A DNA stretch of 64,000 nt. It comes from Takakia lepidozioides (Eukaryota > Plantae > Bryophyta). Every line of letters starts with the position of its first letter. Position 1 is the stretch's first letter. Below the pieces are notes generated by a model. That model did no database searches and was not told where the DNA came from. It saw only the letters and a program-made list of their open reading frames with translations. Shown in pieces: positions 36,301 to 50,000 of the stretch. The position numbers and the translations under genes were made by a program. The DNA lies in NCBI GenBank assembly GCA_030704615.1, contig CM060734.1:8866001-8930000 (forward strand). Direction: 5' to 3'.

Positions 36301-37102
36301 TTGTCTCCATTGGACACCACACCTATTGTGTGGCAGTATCCGGATGAAGGCATTTGCCTTCTGGACTTGTTTGGCGGGATCAGCACCGGATTGGCTGCTG
36401 TGCTACATGCAGGTGTACGAGGTTGGTGTTACTTGTATGTGGAGAGGGATGAGACTGCACGACGCGTCTCACTTTGCCATGTTGCTCAGTTGGTGCAGCA
36501 GTACACTGAGTTGTTGCCGGTGTCTGCGGTTCGTGGATATCAGCAGGCATTACTAGCAGACATTTCCTTGCTGGGGGTGCAAGATTTGGAGCGGGTTGGC
36601 TCCATCCACTTGGTAGTGGCAGGTTGGCCTTGCCAAGGGTATTCATCAGCTGGACATGATAATGGATTGCGAGACTCGAGGTCGGGTCTGTTTTGGGAGA
36701 TGGTGCGGGTTTTGCGCCACTTACAGCTTCATCAAGCTGTAACTCCAGCATATATCTTGGAGAATGTGCCACTGTTGGGCGATTCTCGGGCCAGGGTGAT
36801 GGCTAGTGTGCATCAAGTCGGGTCGTGGCTTGGGTCAGCAGTGTTGCTGGATGCAGCTGCAGTGGGGTCACAGGCTCATCGTCCACGGTTATGGTGGACC
36901 AACTTGATGCCACCACCACTACTCAAGCGTGCATATGATGGGGTGCAACGGCCAACACACCTGACAATGGACAACATCTTGGACACGGGGAGGCAGTCTC
37001 AGCGTGTGAGACATGATGACCGTTCGCCTTTGGCAGTGGTCAACAAGGTGGGTCAACCACGAGCAACACTACCGACACTGCTCAACTTCCCAGGATCGCA
37101 TG
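36301..37102 (+). pseudogene. C5 DNA methyltransferase domain of M2 (motifs I-VIII in one frame; IX-X lost)
   Basis: LLDLFGGISTGL, LVVAGWPCQGYS, YILENV and AHRPRLWWTNL lie in one uninterrupted ORF, cut by an LTR at 37103. Confidence 0.92.
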
Positions 37103-40100
37103 TGTCGCACACCTCAGTTCGGTAAACTCCCCTTCAAGTCATAGTTACTCGCTTTGATGCGCGCGCCTGACTCCCAACCTGGCCGCCGGGCCAACTTGGA
37201 GTTTCGGCTGCTCACCGGGACATAACGGTCCCCTTCGCTTCCCTCTAAACCCTCCACCTATTTGGGACTAGGAGAATTCCCTTTGGTAGATGGCAGTCCG
37301 GAACAGCTCCCCACTCTTTGGTCGCTTTCCGGCTCGCTCGCTTACTCACTAGTTTTTGGTCACCAACGGGCTTGCACCGTTCTCGGGGTTACTACTCCCT
37401 ATATACTTCTGTAGCTGTCCGCGGGGGTTTCAACCAGCCATGCCATTTTATGGCGAACCACCACGAAAACCCTCGACTCCCGGTGGTGAGTCGCGGTGAG
37501 TCTTGGCCCACACCGCGGCCCCAATGGACCGTGATGAGTCCCAAGACTCCCCACGACTCCCACCTCGAGGTCTCCACCCCATGGTGAGTCCTATGCCACC
37601 CCCACTAAGTCCCACTAAGCTACCACCACCCCTTGTGGAGCCACCCCACCGCAACCCGGTGTGCGGGGCTCCACCTAGTGAGCGCCTCCGCCTCCTTGAG
37701 TGCCTTGGGCACTCAAGGGTGCTTCAGCCCCCCATACCTATCGCTGCCGCTGCCCCCACCACAGGGCAGCCCCTCATGTGTCCCGACCCCCTGCCCTCAA
37801 GGCAAAGGGCCGCGACACACACCCCTACCAACAGGGAGTCGATGTCCTCATCGACTTGTCCATTTTGTAGAAACGAACATCCAAGTTGTGGCGTCCCACA
37901 TCAAGGAGTTTGTTTCCGTACCATGGCGTCCCATGGCAAAGAACCAAACCCCACACTTGACTCACTCTCCACTAGCTAGTTCGGCCGACTTCCTCCAAGT
38001 CCCGGCCAAGGGTGGAGCCTCTCCAGCTCCTCCCAGTGCACTCTTCTTGGCCTACTTCAAGGCCAAGGAACGATCCTCCCCGAGGATCGAATCGCCTTAC
38101 TGCAACAACATTGCTTGCGATCGCTCATGATGCCGCTTTTGGCATCACCTTGAGCAAGGGTTCACCTGGAACCCTCTTTGACTAGGAAGAGATAACCTTG
38201 AACCAACCGTGCGCCCCAATCACTACAATTGGGTCCGCCTTGGAATGCTGGCCTGAGGTACGGGAACACGCCGAAGCCGCACTACGACTTCGTCCCGAGG
38301 CTACACGATTATAGTACGTGAACGGAAGCACGTAGCTTCCGCGTTAGCCCGCACTACAAGGCAACCCCCTCGGTAGCGCAGTTTAGTACGCGCACGCGCC
38401 AGGTGCGCACTAGCACTTGAACTCCCAAATAAGGCGCAAGTTTCCTTGCCCCTTGGATGGGAGTCACCCGATTTCGGCACTGCGCAAACACACGATTAAC
38501 CCAATTTACCTCTCCCACTTTTGTAAGCTAGCATGCATTCTACACACCAGCCAACCACACCATGCATCACCATTCCAAACACAATAGGACGCACAATATT
38601 TGGAACCCATTTCCTTTATCACAAATTTTTGTACAATACAAGTTTTTGCAATCGGATTCCTGAGCTAGCTAAACCGGGCTAAGCATGCATTTCCTCCCCC
38701 ACGCTCCAAGGTTGATGTCCCCATCAACGCTTCTTCCGCTTTTGAGGTCGCCCTTCGAACGCTGCAACTGCCTCGGATGCGTTTCCCATTTCTGAGGCAC
38801 GCACCCAAGATGCCTCCACAGATGATAGCCCTTCCATTTGACGAGATACTCCGTTTCTCGGTTCTTGAACCTCCTCGACTTAAGTATTGCCTCCACCTCG
38901 TACTCGGGTTCATTTTCATGATCCAACAGCATAGGTGGCGGACGCAACACTTGCTGCCGATTCGGACGTGCTTCATCTTTGAAGTAAGGCTTCAAAAGGA
39001 GACATGGAATACTGGGTGCACCTTGCTGTTTGCTGGCAGCTCCAATTCATACACATCCTCATTCATAACCCTCCGAATGCGAAAGGGACCCGCATACGGA
39101 GGTACGAACTTCGGACTCACCGGAGGTAGTCGAAATTCTTGATGTTCAACCAGACCTCTGTGCCTGCCTCAAACTTCACTTCCCTCCGCTTCCGATTCGC
39201 CTGCCTTTCATACCGTTTCCTAGCTTTGGCAATGTTGTACTTTGCGAGCTTCAACAAACGCTCGCGTTCTTCCAGTACCGCCGCTACTGCCGGTTCCTCA
39301 ACGTCCTGGGCGGCCCAACTTGTCGGCACCAGAGGTGCTTTTCCATAGACCAACACAAAAGGGGAAACTCCCGTTGCGGAGTGTTCTGTGTTATTATAAC
39401 AGAACTCTGCCGCGTCTAAGTGTTCCATCCAGTCTGATTGGTCTGCCGACACGTAATTCCGCAAGAATTGCTTCACTACGGAATTCACTCTTTCCGTTTG
39501 GCCGTCCGTCGTAGGTCGGAAGGCGGTGCTCTTCAGCCTCGTCCCCATCTTCTTCCAAAGTGCTCTCCAGAATTTACTCGTAAACTTTGGATCGCGGTCC
39601 GAGACAATATCTTCGGGACTCCATGATGCTTTAAGACGTGGGCGAAGTAAAGTCGCCCTGTCTGCCGCGTTGCCGTCTCCTTGGTGGGGATGAAATGGCC
39701 ATTTTACTGAACCTATCTACCACCACCATGATTGCATCGAATCCTTTTGACAGCGGCATAGCAGTCATGAAATCCATCGAGACGCTTTCCCAAGTCCCCT
39801 CTGGAATCGGCAAGGGTTGTAACAGCCCCGCTTGCTTTTTGTACTCGCTCCGGTTTTGTTGGCATGTGGTGCATGTCTTTACATACTCCTCTGCCTCCTC
39901 CCTCAGTTTGGGCCAGAAATACTCTTTCTTCAAGAGTGCCGCAGTGCGCTTGGCTCCGTGGCCCGCAAGCGGGCTATCATGGCATTCTCTCAAGAGACTA
40001 TCCCTGATCCCTCCCTTTGGCACGTAGACGTTTTTGCTTATACCGGAGCAGTCCGTTTTGCAAGTGGAACTGCGATTTAACCCCCATTCTCAAGTCTGCA

Positions 40101-43100
40101 TCACGACTTTGCCAGCTCATCCTTCCGGCAAGCCTTCCGGATCTTCCTTTGGAGCGCCGTCTCGCCCTTGTACACCAACAAGAGCTGCTGCTTTCTACTT
40201 AAAGCATCGGCCACCACATTGTCCCGTCCCGGTTTGTACTGGATATCCACGTCGAACACTGCCAAAGTATCTTGCCACCTAAGTTGTTTTGGGGACAACT
40301 TGGGCTGCGTGGCAAAATACTTCACCGTGACATTGTCCGTGAACACCTTCACTGGGTTGGAACCAACATAGTGGCGCCAGAGCTCAAGGCAATGTACCAC
40401 CGCCTTCATCTCTTTTTCGTGCGTCGGCCACCGTCGCTCCACTTCATTCAGTTTCTTACTTTCGTAAGCCACTGGACGTCCATCTTGCATAAGTACACCC
40501 CCAATGCGAAGTCCGATGCATCTGTATGAATCAAACGGACGATCGAACTCCGGGATTTTTAAGACTGGAGCTTCCGTCATCGCTGCTTCAATTCAGCAAA
40601 AGCTTGGCCACAAAATGTGTTCCATACCCAGACTTTGGATTTACACAGAAGGTCCGACAGCGGCCCCCGCGATCTTGGCGAAATTTCTCACATACTTCCG
40701 GTAATAGGAGGCGAGTCCTAGGAAGGATCGCACTCCCGGGACCGAAGTCGGAGGCTCCCAGTCCAAGATCGCCCTCACCTTTCTGTCATCCATTTTGATC
40801 CCATCCTGTGTAATCACATGCCCCAAGAACTCCACTTTTGTGACCCCGAATTCGCACTTTGAAGCTTTGGCATACAGCTTCCCTTCTCGCAATTTTTGGA
40901 ACACCCTTTTGAGGTGCTCCAGGTGCTCCTCCTTTGTTTTCGAGTACACCAAGATGTCGTCGATGTACACGATCACAAAGTCATCCAACCACTCCTGGAA
41001 AAGGCTGTTCATCAGCGTGCTAAATGTCGCTGGTGCATTGGTGAGCCCAAAAGGCATCACCAAGAACTCATATGAACCATACCTTGTCCTGCACGCGGTC
41101 TTCTCCTCATCTCCTTCCGCCACCCGAATTTGGTGATAGCCGGAGCGCAAGTCGATCCGGCTGAAATACTTCGCTCCTGCCAACCGATCGAAGAGGTCGT
41201 CGATCCTTGGCAAAGGGTACCGGTTTTTGATAGTCACCTTATTCAGAGCCCTGTAATCGACACACATCCGCAGCGTCCCATCCTTCTTGTCTGCAAATAG
41301 CACCGGGGCTCCGTAAGGTGACTTACTCGGCCGGATGTACCCTTTGACATTAGATCTTGAGCTGAGTCTTCAGCTCGACCAACTCTCTGTGGCTCAACCG
41401 GTAGGGCGCCTTGGCAGGCGGTTCCGATCCCGGTATCACCTCAATTGTGGTCAACCTCTTCGCGGTGGCAAGCCGCTTGGTAAATCCTCCGGCATCACAT
41501 CCTGGTATTTCTCCAAAATCCCCTTGATCCAATCTGGGCTCGGCTCCCCATCGCCTTCTCCTTTCACTTCTCTAATGTAAAGCAAAAACTGGGCTCGTGT
41601 GTCTCCTCCACGGCCCACTCCTTTGCTGATAGAAGGTTTATTCGCCCTCCCACGGATTTGGGGCGTTTCCGACACTCGTAAAACCTCGCCACCATTCCCA
41701 CATGGCAGCGTGACTACTCTCTTGCGGCCATCTATGACCGCTCCGGATTTGCTCAAAAAGGTCATCCCCAAAATGAGATCCACTCCATCGATCTCGCAGA
41801 TAGTGAAGTTCTCACGTCCCTCCCAACTCCCCAGTTGAAGAGGAACATCAAACGCCAACCTTGTCGCCAACTGAGGTTCTCCTTTGGCAGACGCACCTCA
41901 ATAGAGGCCCCCACGTCACTTGTCGGGAGTCCCAACTTTTCGCGCCGCCGCCGGCGTCATGAAGGAGTGCGACGCTCCTGTGTCCACCAACAACGACACA
42001 TTAGTTCCGGATATTATCCCATCCACGAACAATAACTGACTCCCTTTTCGTAAGGCGCCAGTTTCCTGATACAACTCACAAGAAAATTTGCCTACCTTGC
42101 AAGTCCTGGCGACCACCGCTTCCACCAAGCGACTGATGGTATCTTCCGACAGCTCCGTGGTCGCCCGAGTCATGTTCAATTGCCGGGGCTTCGTGCACTT
42201 CTTGGCCATGTGCCCGGGCTCCCCGCAATTGAAACACACTCCATCAAAGGTCGCCTTCTGTCCGCCATAAGCCGCTCCACCCGCTTTTCCTTTCGAAGCA
42301 CCGGGTGCCGCCTTGACGTGTGAAGGCCTCCCTTCGATTTCCACGTGCCATTTTCGCCGCGTGGCCTATCCCACTTCTTTTCCGGTCGGGAGGAGTCACC
42401 TTCCCGCGGGTCTTCTTGTGGTTCAGCTCCGTACGGCCTTGTCTTCACCCCTAGGGACATCCGAGAAACATTCAGCCTCTCAATTGCCTCGTTCAAAGTC
42501 TTGGGTGGCTTCTCCTCCAACTTCCGCCTGGCCCATGGGGCCAGTCCGCCACAAAGTTGAAGACCATTTCTGGTTCTGCCATGTCCGCGACTTCGAGCAA
42601 CAGCACATTGAAAGCCTGGACATACCCCCGAATGTCATCTTTGCTTCAAATTCCTCATCTTGTCCCGGGCAAGCCAGGATGCGTTGAGGGGCACAAACTG
42701 TCTCTTCATCAATTCCTTGAACCACTCCAGTTCAAGGTTTCCGGGCTTGGGCCTCGGTCGTGAAGGCGTTTCTGCCACCATTGTTGAGCATAGCCCCTCA
42801 AATAGGTGGGAGCCACTTCCACCCGATCCTCGTCACTCAACTTGGCCGCCCGGAAGTACTGCTCTAGCTCCAGGAGCCAGGTGTTGAGTGCCTTCCGGTT
42901 TCGAACGCCCTCGAAGGTGCCGGGTTCCTTAGGCTTCACCTTAAACTTTGCCTTGTGGAAGTGGCATTAGCCGCCTTCAACACGTCTTTCAACGTCCGCC
43001 AAACTGCGCCAACAACCCTTCCCAAAAGGCTGCCGGCATGGGAGGCATCTCTTGTTTGTCGGAGCTCTCAAAGATTCCTCGGGCTCCGACTCCTCGGATT

Positions 43101-44011
43101 CCTCCCGCTCCTGAGCGGCCTCGTTTTCGGAAACATTAATCGCTTCCTCAAACGGCCGCCTCGGACACGTCGCCCCCATCGGGCTCATCATCTTTTGGGC
43201 CGTTCCGCTTTCGCTTCGGCTTGCCCGACCCCATGATGAGGCCAATCCCAAGGACGATCGCGTACTGAACTCTAAGCTCTGATACCAAGTGTCGCACACC
43301 TCCTTCGGTAAACTCCCCTTCAAGTCATAGTTACTCGCTTTGATGCGCGCGCCTGACTCCCAACTGGCCGCCGGGCCAACTTGGAGCTTCGGCTGCTCAC
43401 CGGGACATAACGGTCCCCTTCCGCTTCCCTCTAAACCCTCCACCTATTTGGGACTAGGAGAATTCCCTTTGGTAGATGGCAGTCCGGAACAGCTCCCCAC
43501 TCTTTGGTCGCTTTCCGGCTCGCTCGCTTACTCACTAGTTTTTGGTCACCAACGGGCTTGCACCGTTCTCGGGGTTACTACTCCCTATATATACTTCTGT
43601 AGCTGTCCGCGGGGGTTTCATAACCAGCCATGCCATTTTATGGCGAACCACCACGAAAACCCTCGACTCCCGGTGGTGAGTCGCGGTGAGTCTTGGCCCA
43701 CTCACCGCGGCCCCAATGGACCGTGATGAGTCCCCAAGACTCCCCACGACTCCCACCTCGAGGTCTCCACCCCATGGTGAGTCCTATGCCACCCCCACTA
43801 AGTCCCACTAAGCTACCACCACCCCTTGTGGAGCCACCTCCACCGCAACCCGGTGTGCGGGGCTCCACCTAGTGAGCGCCTCCGCCTCCTTGAGTGCCTT
43901 GGGCACTCAAGGGTGCTTCAGCCCCCATACCTATCGCTGCCGCTGCCCCCACCACAGGGGCAGCCCCTCATGTGTCCCGACCCCCTGCCCTCAAGGCAAA
44001 GGGCCGCGACA
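37103..44011 (-). mobile_element. Galadriel-like chromovirus E2 (full length)
   Basis: LTRs 37103-37817 and 43290-44011 (TG..CA). PBS-Met at 43287-43276, PPT next to 37818. gag-pol-chromo at ~43190-38724 with many 1-bp indels. No TSD (GCATG vs GCAAA). Confidence 0.95.
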
Positions 44012-44075
44012 GCAAAGATGGCGCCTCAATGGGCACTGTGGAGGTCCACCTCCTTTGGGCCCTAGGGCCCAACCC

Positions 44076-47000
44076 ACTTTGCCTTGAGGGAAGGGGGTTG
44101 AGGGGCTGCCCCTGTGGTGGGGGCAGCGCAGCGATAGGATGGGGGGCTGAAGCACCCTTGAGTGCCCAAGGCACTCAAGGAGGCGGAGGCGCTCACTAGG
44201 TGGAGCCCCGCACACCGGTTGCGGTGGGGGTGGCTCCACAAGGGGTGGTGGTAGCTTAGCGGGACTTAGTGGGGGTGGCATAGGACTCACCATGGGGGCG
44301 GAGACCTCGTGGTGGGAGTCGTGGGGAGTCTTGGGACTCATCACGGTCCATAGGGGCCGTGTGAGTGGGCCAAGACTCACCGCGACTCATCACCGGGAGT
44401 CGAGGGTTTTCGTGGTGGTTCGCCATAAAATGGCATGGCTGGTTGTGAACCCCGCGGACAGCTACAGAAGTATATATAGGGAGTAGTAACCCCGAGAACG
44501 GTGCAAGCCCGTTGGTGACCAAAAACTAGTGAGTAAGCGAGCGAGCCGGAAAGCGACCAAAGAGTGGGGAGCTGTTCCGGACTGCCATCTACCAAAGGGA
44601 ATTCCACTAGGCCCAAATAGGTGGAGGGTTAGTGGGGGAGCGAAGGGGGACCGTTATGTCCCGGTGAGCAGCCGAAGCTCCAAGTTGGCCCGGCGGCCAG
44701 GTTGGGAGTCAGGCGCGCGCATCAAAGCGAGTAACTATGACTTGAAGGGGAGCTTACCGAAGTGAGGTGCGCGACACTTGGTATCAGAGCTTAGAGTTCA
44801 GTACGCGATCGTCCTTGGGATTGGCCTCATCATGGGTCGGGCAAGCCAAAGCGAAAGCGGAACGGCCCAAAAGATGATGATCCTGGTGAGCCCGATGGGG
44901 GCGACGTGTCACCGAGGCGGCCGTTTGAGGAAGCGATGCATGTTTCCGAAAACGAGGCCGCTCAAGAGAGGAATCCTTGAGAGCTCCGACAAACCAAGAG
45001 ATGCCTCCCATGCCGGCAGCCTTTTGGGAAGGGTTGTTGGCGCAGTTTGGCGGGACGTTGAAAGACGTGTTGAAGGCGGCTAATGCCACTTCCACTAAGG
45101 CAAAGTTTAAGGTGAAGCCTAAGGAACCCGGCACCTTCGAGGGCGTCCGAAATCGGAAGGCACTCAACACCTGGCTCCTGGAGCTAGAGCAGTACTTCCG
45201 GCCAAGTTGAGTGACGAGGATCGGGTGGAAGTGGCTCCCACCTATTTGAGGGGCTATGCTCAACAATGGTGGCAGAAACGCCTTCACGACCGAGGTCCAA
45301 GCCCGGAAACCTTGAACTGGAGTGGGTTCAAGGAATTGATGAAGAGACAGTTTGTGCCCCTCAACGCGTCCTGGCTTGCCCGGGACAAGATGAGGAATTT
45401 GAAGCAAACAGATGACATTCGGGGATATGTCCAGGCTTTCAATGTGCTGTTGCTCGAAGTCGCGGACATGGCAGAACCAGAAATGGTCTTCAACTTTGTG
45501 GCGGGACTGCCCCATGGGCCAGGCGGAAGTTGGAGGAGAAGCCACCAAGACTTTGAACGAGGCAATTGAGAGGGCTGAATGTTTCTCAGATGTCCCTAGG
45601 GGTGAAAGACAAGGCCGTACGGAGCTGAACCACAAGAAGACCCGGCGGGAAGGTGACTCCTTCCGACCGGAAAAGAAGTGGGATAGGCCACGCGGCGACA
45701 AATGGCACGTGGAAAATCGAAGGGGGCCTTCACACGTCAAGGCGGCACCCGGTGCTTCGAAAGGAAAAGCGGGTGGAGCGGCTTATGGCGGACAGAAGGC
45801 GACCTTTGATGAGTGTGTTTCAATTGGGGAGCCCGGGCACATGGCCAAGAAGTGCACGAAGCCCGGCAATTGAACATGACTCGGGCGACCACGGAGCTGT
45901 CGGAAGATACCATCAGTCGCTTGGTGGAAGCGGTGGTCGCCAGGACTTGCAAGGTAGGCAAATTCTTGTGAGTTGTATCAGGAAACTGGCGCTTGCGTAA
46001 AGGGAGTCAGTTATTGTTCGTGGATGGGATAATATCCGGAACTAATGTGTCATTGTTGGTGGACACAGGAGCGTCGCACTCCTTCATGACACCGGCAACG
46101 GCACAAAAGCTGGGACTCCCGACAAGTGACGTGGGGCCTCTATTGAGGTGCGTTCTGCCAAAGGAGAACCGCAATTGGCGACGAGGTTGGCGTTGATGTT
46201 CCTCTTCAACTGGGGAGTTGGGAGGGACGTGAGAACTTCACCATCTGCGAGATCGATGGAGTGGATCTCATTTTGAGCAAATCGGAGCGGTCATAGATGG
46301 CCGCAAGAGAGTAGTCACGCTGCCATGTGGAATGGTGGCGAGGTCTTACGAGTTTCGGAAACGCCCAAATCCGTGGGAGGGCGAATAAACCTTCTGTCAG
46401 CAAGGGAGTGGGCCGTGGAGGAGGCACACGAGCCCAGTTTTGCTTACATTAGAGAAGTGAAGGGAGAAGGCGATGGGAGCCGAGCCCAGATTGGATCAAG
46501 GGGATTTTGGAGAAATACCAGGATGTGATGCCGGAGGATTTGCCAAGCGGCTTGCCACCGCGAAGAGGAGTTGACCACAAGATTGAGGTGATACCGGGAT
46601 CGGAACCGCCTGCCAAGGCGCCCTACCGGTTGAGCCACAGAGAGTTGGTCGAGCTGAAGACTCAGCTCAAGGATCTAATGTCAAAGGGGTACATCCGGCC
46701 GAGTAAGTCACCTTACGGAGCCCCGGTGCTATTGCAGACAAAAAGGATGGACGCTGCGGATGTGTGTCGATTACAGGGCTCTGAATAAGGTGACTATAAA
46801 AAACCGGTACCCTTTGCCAAGGATCGACGACCTTTTCGATCGGTTGGCAGGAGCGAAGTATTTCAGCCGGATCGACTTGCGCTCCGGCTATCATCAAATT
46901 CGGTGGCGGAAAGGAGATGAGGAGAAGACCGTGCAGGACAAGGTGGTTCATATGAGTTCTTGGTGATGCCTTTTGGGCTCACCAATGCACCAGCGACATT

Positions 47001-50000
47001 TAGCACGCTGATGAACAGCCTTTTCCAGGAGTGGTTGGATGACTTTGTGATCGTGTACATCGACGACATCTTGGTGTACTCGAAAACAAAGGAGGAGCAC
47101 CTGGAGCACCTCAAAAGGGTGTTCCAAAATTGCGGGAAGGGAAGCTGTATGCCAAAGCTTCAAAGTGCGAATTCGGGGTCACAAAAGTGGAGTTCCTGGG
47201 GCATGTGATTACACAGGATGGGATCAAAATGGATGACAGAAAGGTGAGGGCGATCTTGGACTGGGAGCCTCCGACTTCGGTCCCGGGAGTGCGATCCTTC
47301 CTAGGACTCGCCTCCTATTACCGGAAGTATGTGAGAAATTTCGCCAAGATCGCGGGGCCGCTGTCAGACCTTCTGTGTAAATTAAAGTCTGGGCATGGAA
47401 CCTTTTGTGGCCAAGCTTTTGCTGAATTGAAGCAGCGGATGGCGGAAGCTCCAGTCTTGAAAAATCCCGGAGTTCGATCGTCCGTTTGAGATACATACAG
47501 ATGCGTCGGACTTCGCGATTGGGGGTGTACTGATGCAAGATGGACGTCCAGTGGCTTACGAAAGTAAGAAACTGAATGAAGTGGAGCGACGGTGGCCGAC
47601 GCACGAGAAAGAGATGAAGGCGGTGGTGCACTGTCTTGAGCTTTGGCGCCACTATGTTGGTTCCAACCCAGTGAAGGTGTTCACGGAATGTCACGGTGAA
47701 GTATTTACCACGCAGCCCAAGTTGTCCCCAAAACAACTTAGGTGGCAAGATACTTTGGCGGTGTTCGACGTGGATATCCAGTACAAACCGGGGCGAGACA
47801 ACGTGGGGCCGATGCTTTAAGTAGAAAGCAGCAGCCTTGTTGGTGTATAAGGCGAGACGGCGCTCCAAAGGAAGATCCGGAAGGCTTGTCGGAAGGATGA
47901 GCTGGCAAAGCGTGATGCAGGACTTGAGGATGGGGGTTAAATCGCAGTTCCACTTGCAAAATGGACTGCTCCGGTATAAGCAAAAGCGTCTCTACGTGCC
48001 GAAGGGAGGTGTCGTGCACCTCACTTCGGTAAACTCCCCTTCAAGTCATAGTTACTCGCTTTGATGCGCGCGCCTGACTCCCAACCTGGCCCGGGCCAAC
48101 TTGGAGCTTCGGCTGCTCACCGGGACATAACGGTCCCCCTTCGCTTCCCTCTAAAACCCTCCACCTAATTGGGACTAGGAGAATTCCCTTTGGTAGATGG
48201 CAGTCCGGAACAGCTCCCCACTCTTTGGTCGCTTTCCGGCTCGCTCGCTTACTCACTAGTTTTTGGTCACCAACGGGCTTGCACCGTTCTCGGGGTTACT
48301 ACTCCCTATATATACTTCTGTAGCTGTCCGCGGGGGTTTCACAACCAGCCATGCCATTTTATGGCGAACCACCACGAAAACCCTCGACTCCCGGTGATGA
48401 GTCGCGGTGAGTCTTGGCCCGCTCACCACGGCCCCTATGGACCGTGATGAGTCCCAAGACTCCCCACGACTCCCACCACGAGGTCTCCGCCCCCATGCCA
48501 CCCCCACTAAGTCCGCTAAGCTACCACCACCCCTTGTGGAGCCACCCCCACCGCAACCCGGTGTGCGGGGCTCCACCTAGTGAGCGCCTCCGCCTCCTTG
48601 AGTGCCTTGGGCACAAGGGTGCTTCAGCCCCCCTACCTATCGCTGCGCTGGCCCCACCACAGGGGCAGCCCCTCATGTGTCCCGACCCCCTGCCCTCAAG
48701 GCAAAGGGCCGCGACGACACACACCCCTACCAACAGGGAGTCGATGTCCTCATCGACTTGTCCATTTTGTAGAAACGAACATCCAAGTTGTGGGCGTCCC
48801 ACATCAAGGAGTTTGTTTCCGTACCATGGCGTCCCATGGCAAAGAACCAAACCCCACACTTGACTCTACTCTCCACTAGCTAGTTCGGCCGACTTCCTCC
48901 AAGTCCCGGCCAAGGGTGGAGCCTCTCCAGCTCCTCCCAGTGCACTCTTCTTGGCCTACTTCAAGGCCAAGGAACGATCCTCCCCGAGGATCGAATCGCC
49001 TTACTGCAACAACATTGCTTGCGATCGCTCATGATGCCGCTTTTGGCATCACCTTGAGCAAGGGTTCACCTGGAACCCTCTTTGACTAGGAAGATAACCT
49101 TGAACCAACCGTGCGCCCCAATCACTACAATTGGGTCCGCCTTGGAATGCTGGCCTGAGGTACGGGAACACGCCGAAGCCGCACTACGACTTCGTCCCGA
49201 GGCTACACGATTATAGTACGTGAACGGAAGCACGTAGCTTCCGCGTTAGCCCGCACTACAAGGCAACCCCTCGGTAGCGCAGTTATAGTACGCGCACGCG
49301 CCAGGTGCGCACTAGCACGTGAACTCCCAAAGAAGGCGCAAGTTTCCTTGCCCCTTGGATGGGAGTCACCCGATTTCGGCACTGCGCAAACACACGATTA
49401 ACCCAATTTACCTCTCCCACTTTTGTAAGCTAGCATGCATTCTACACACTAGCCAACCACACCATGCATCACCATTCCAAACACAATAGGACGCACAACA
49501 TTTGGAACCCATTCCTTTATAACAAATTTTTGTACAATACAAGTTTTTGCAATCGGATTCCTGAGCTAGCTAAACCGGGCTAAGCATGCATTTCCTCCCC
49601 CACGCTCCAAGGTTGATGTCCCCATCAACGCTTCTTCCGCTTTTGAGGTCGCCCTTCGAAAGCTGGCCTCGGATGCGTTTCCCATTTCTGAGGCACGCAC
49701 CCAAGATGCCTCCACATGATGATAGCCCTTCCATTTGACGAGATACTCCGTTTCTCGGTTCCTGAACCTCCTCGACTTAAGTATTGCCTCCACCTCGTAC
49801 TCAGGTTCATTTTCATGATCCAACAGCATAGGTGGCGGACGCAACACTTGATGCCGATTCGGACGCGCTTCATTTTGAAGTAAGGTTTCAAAAGGGAGAC
49901 ATGGAATACTGGGTGCACCTTGCTGTTTGCCGGCAGCTCCAATTCATACACATCCTCATTCATAACCTTTCGAATGCGAAAGGGTCCCGCATACGGAGGT

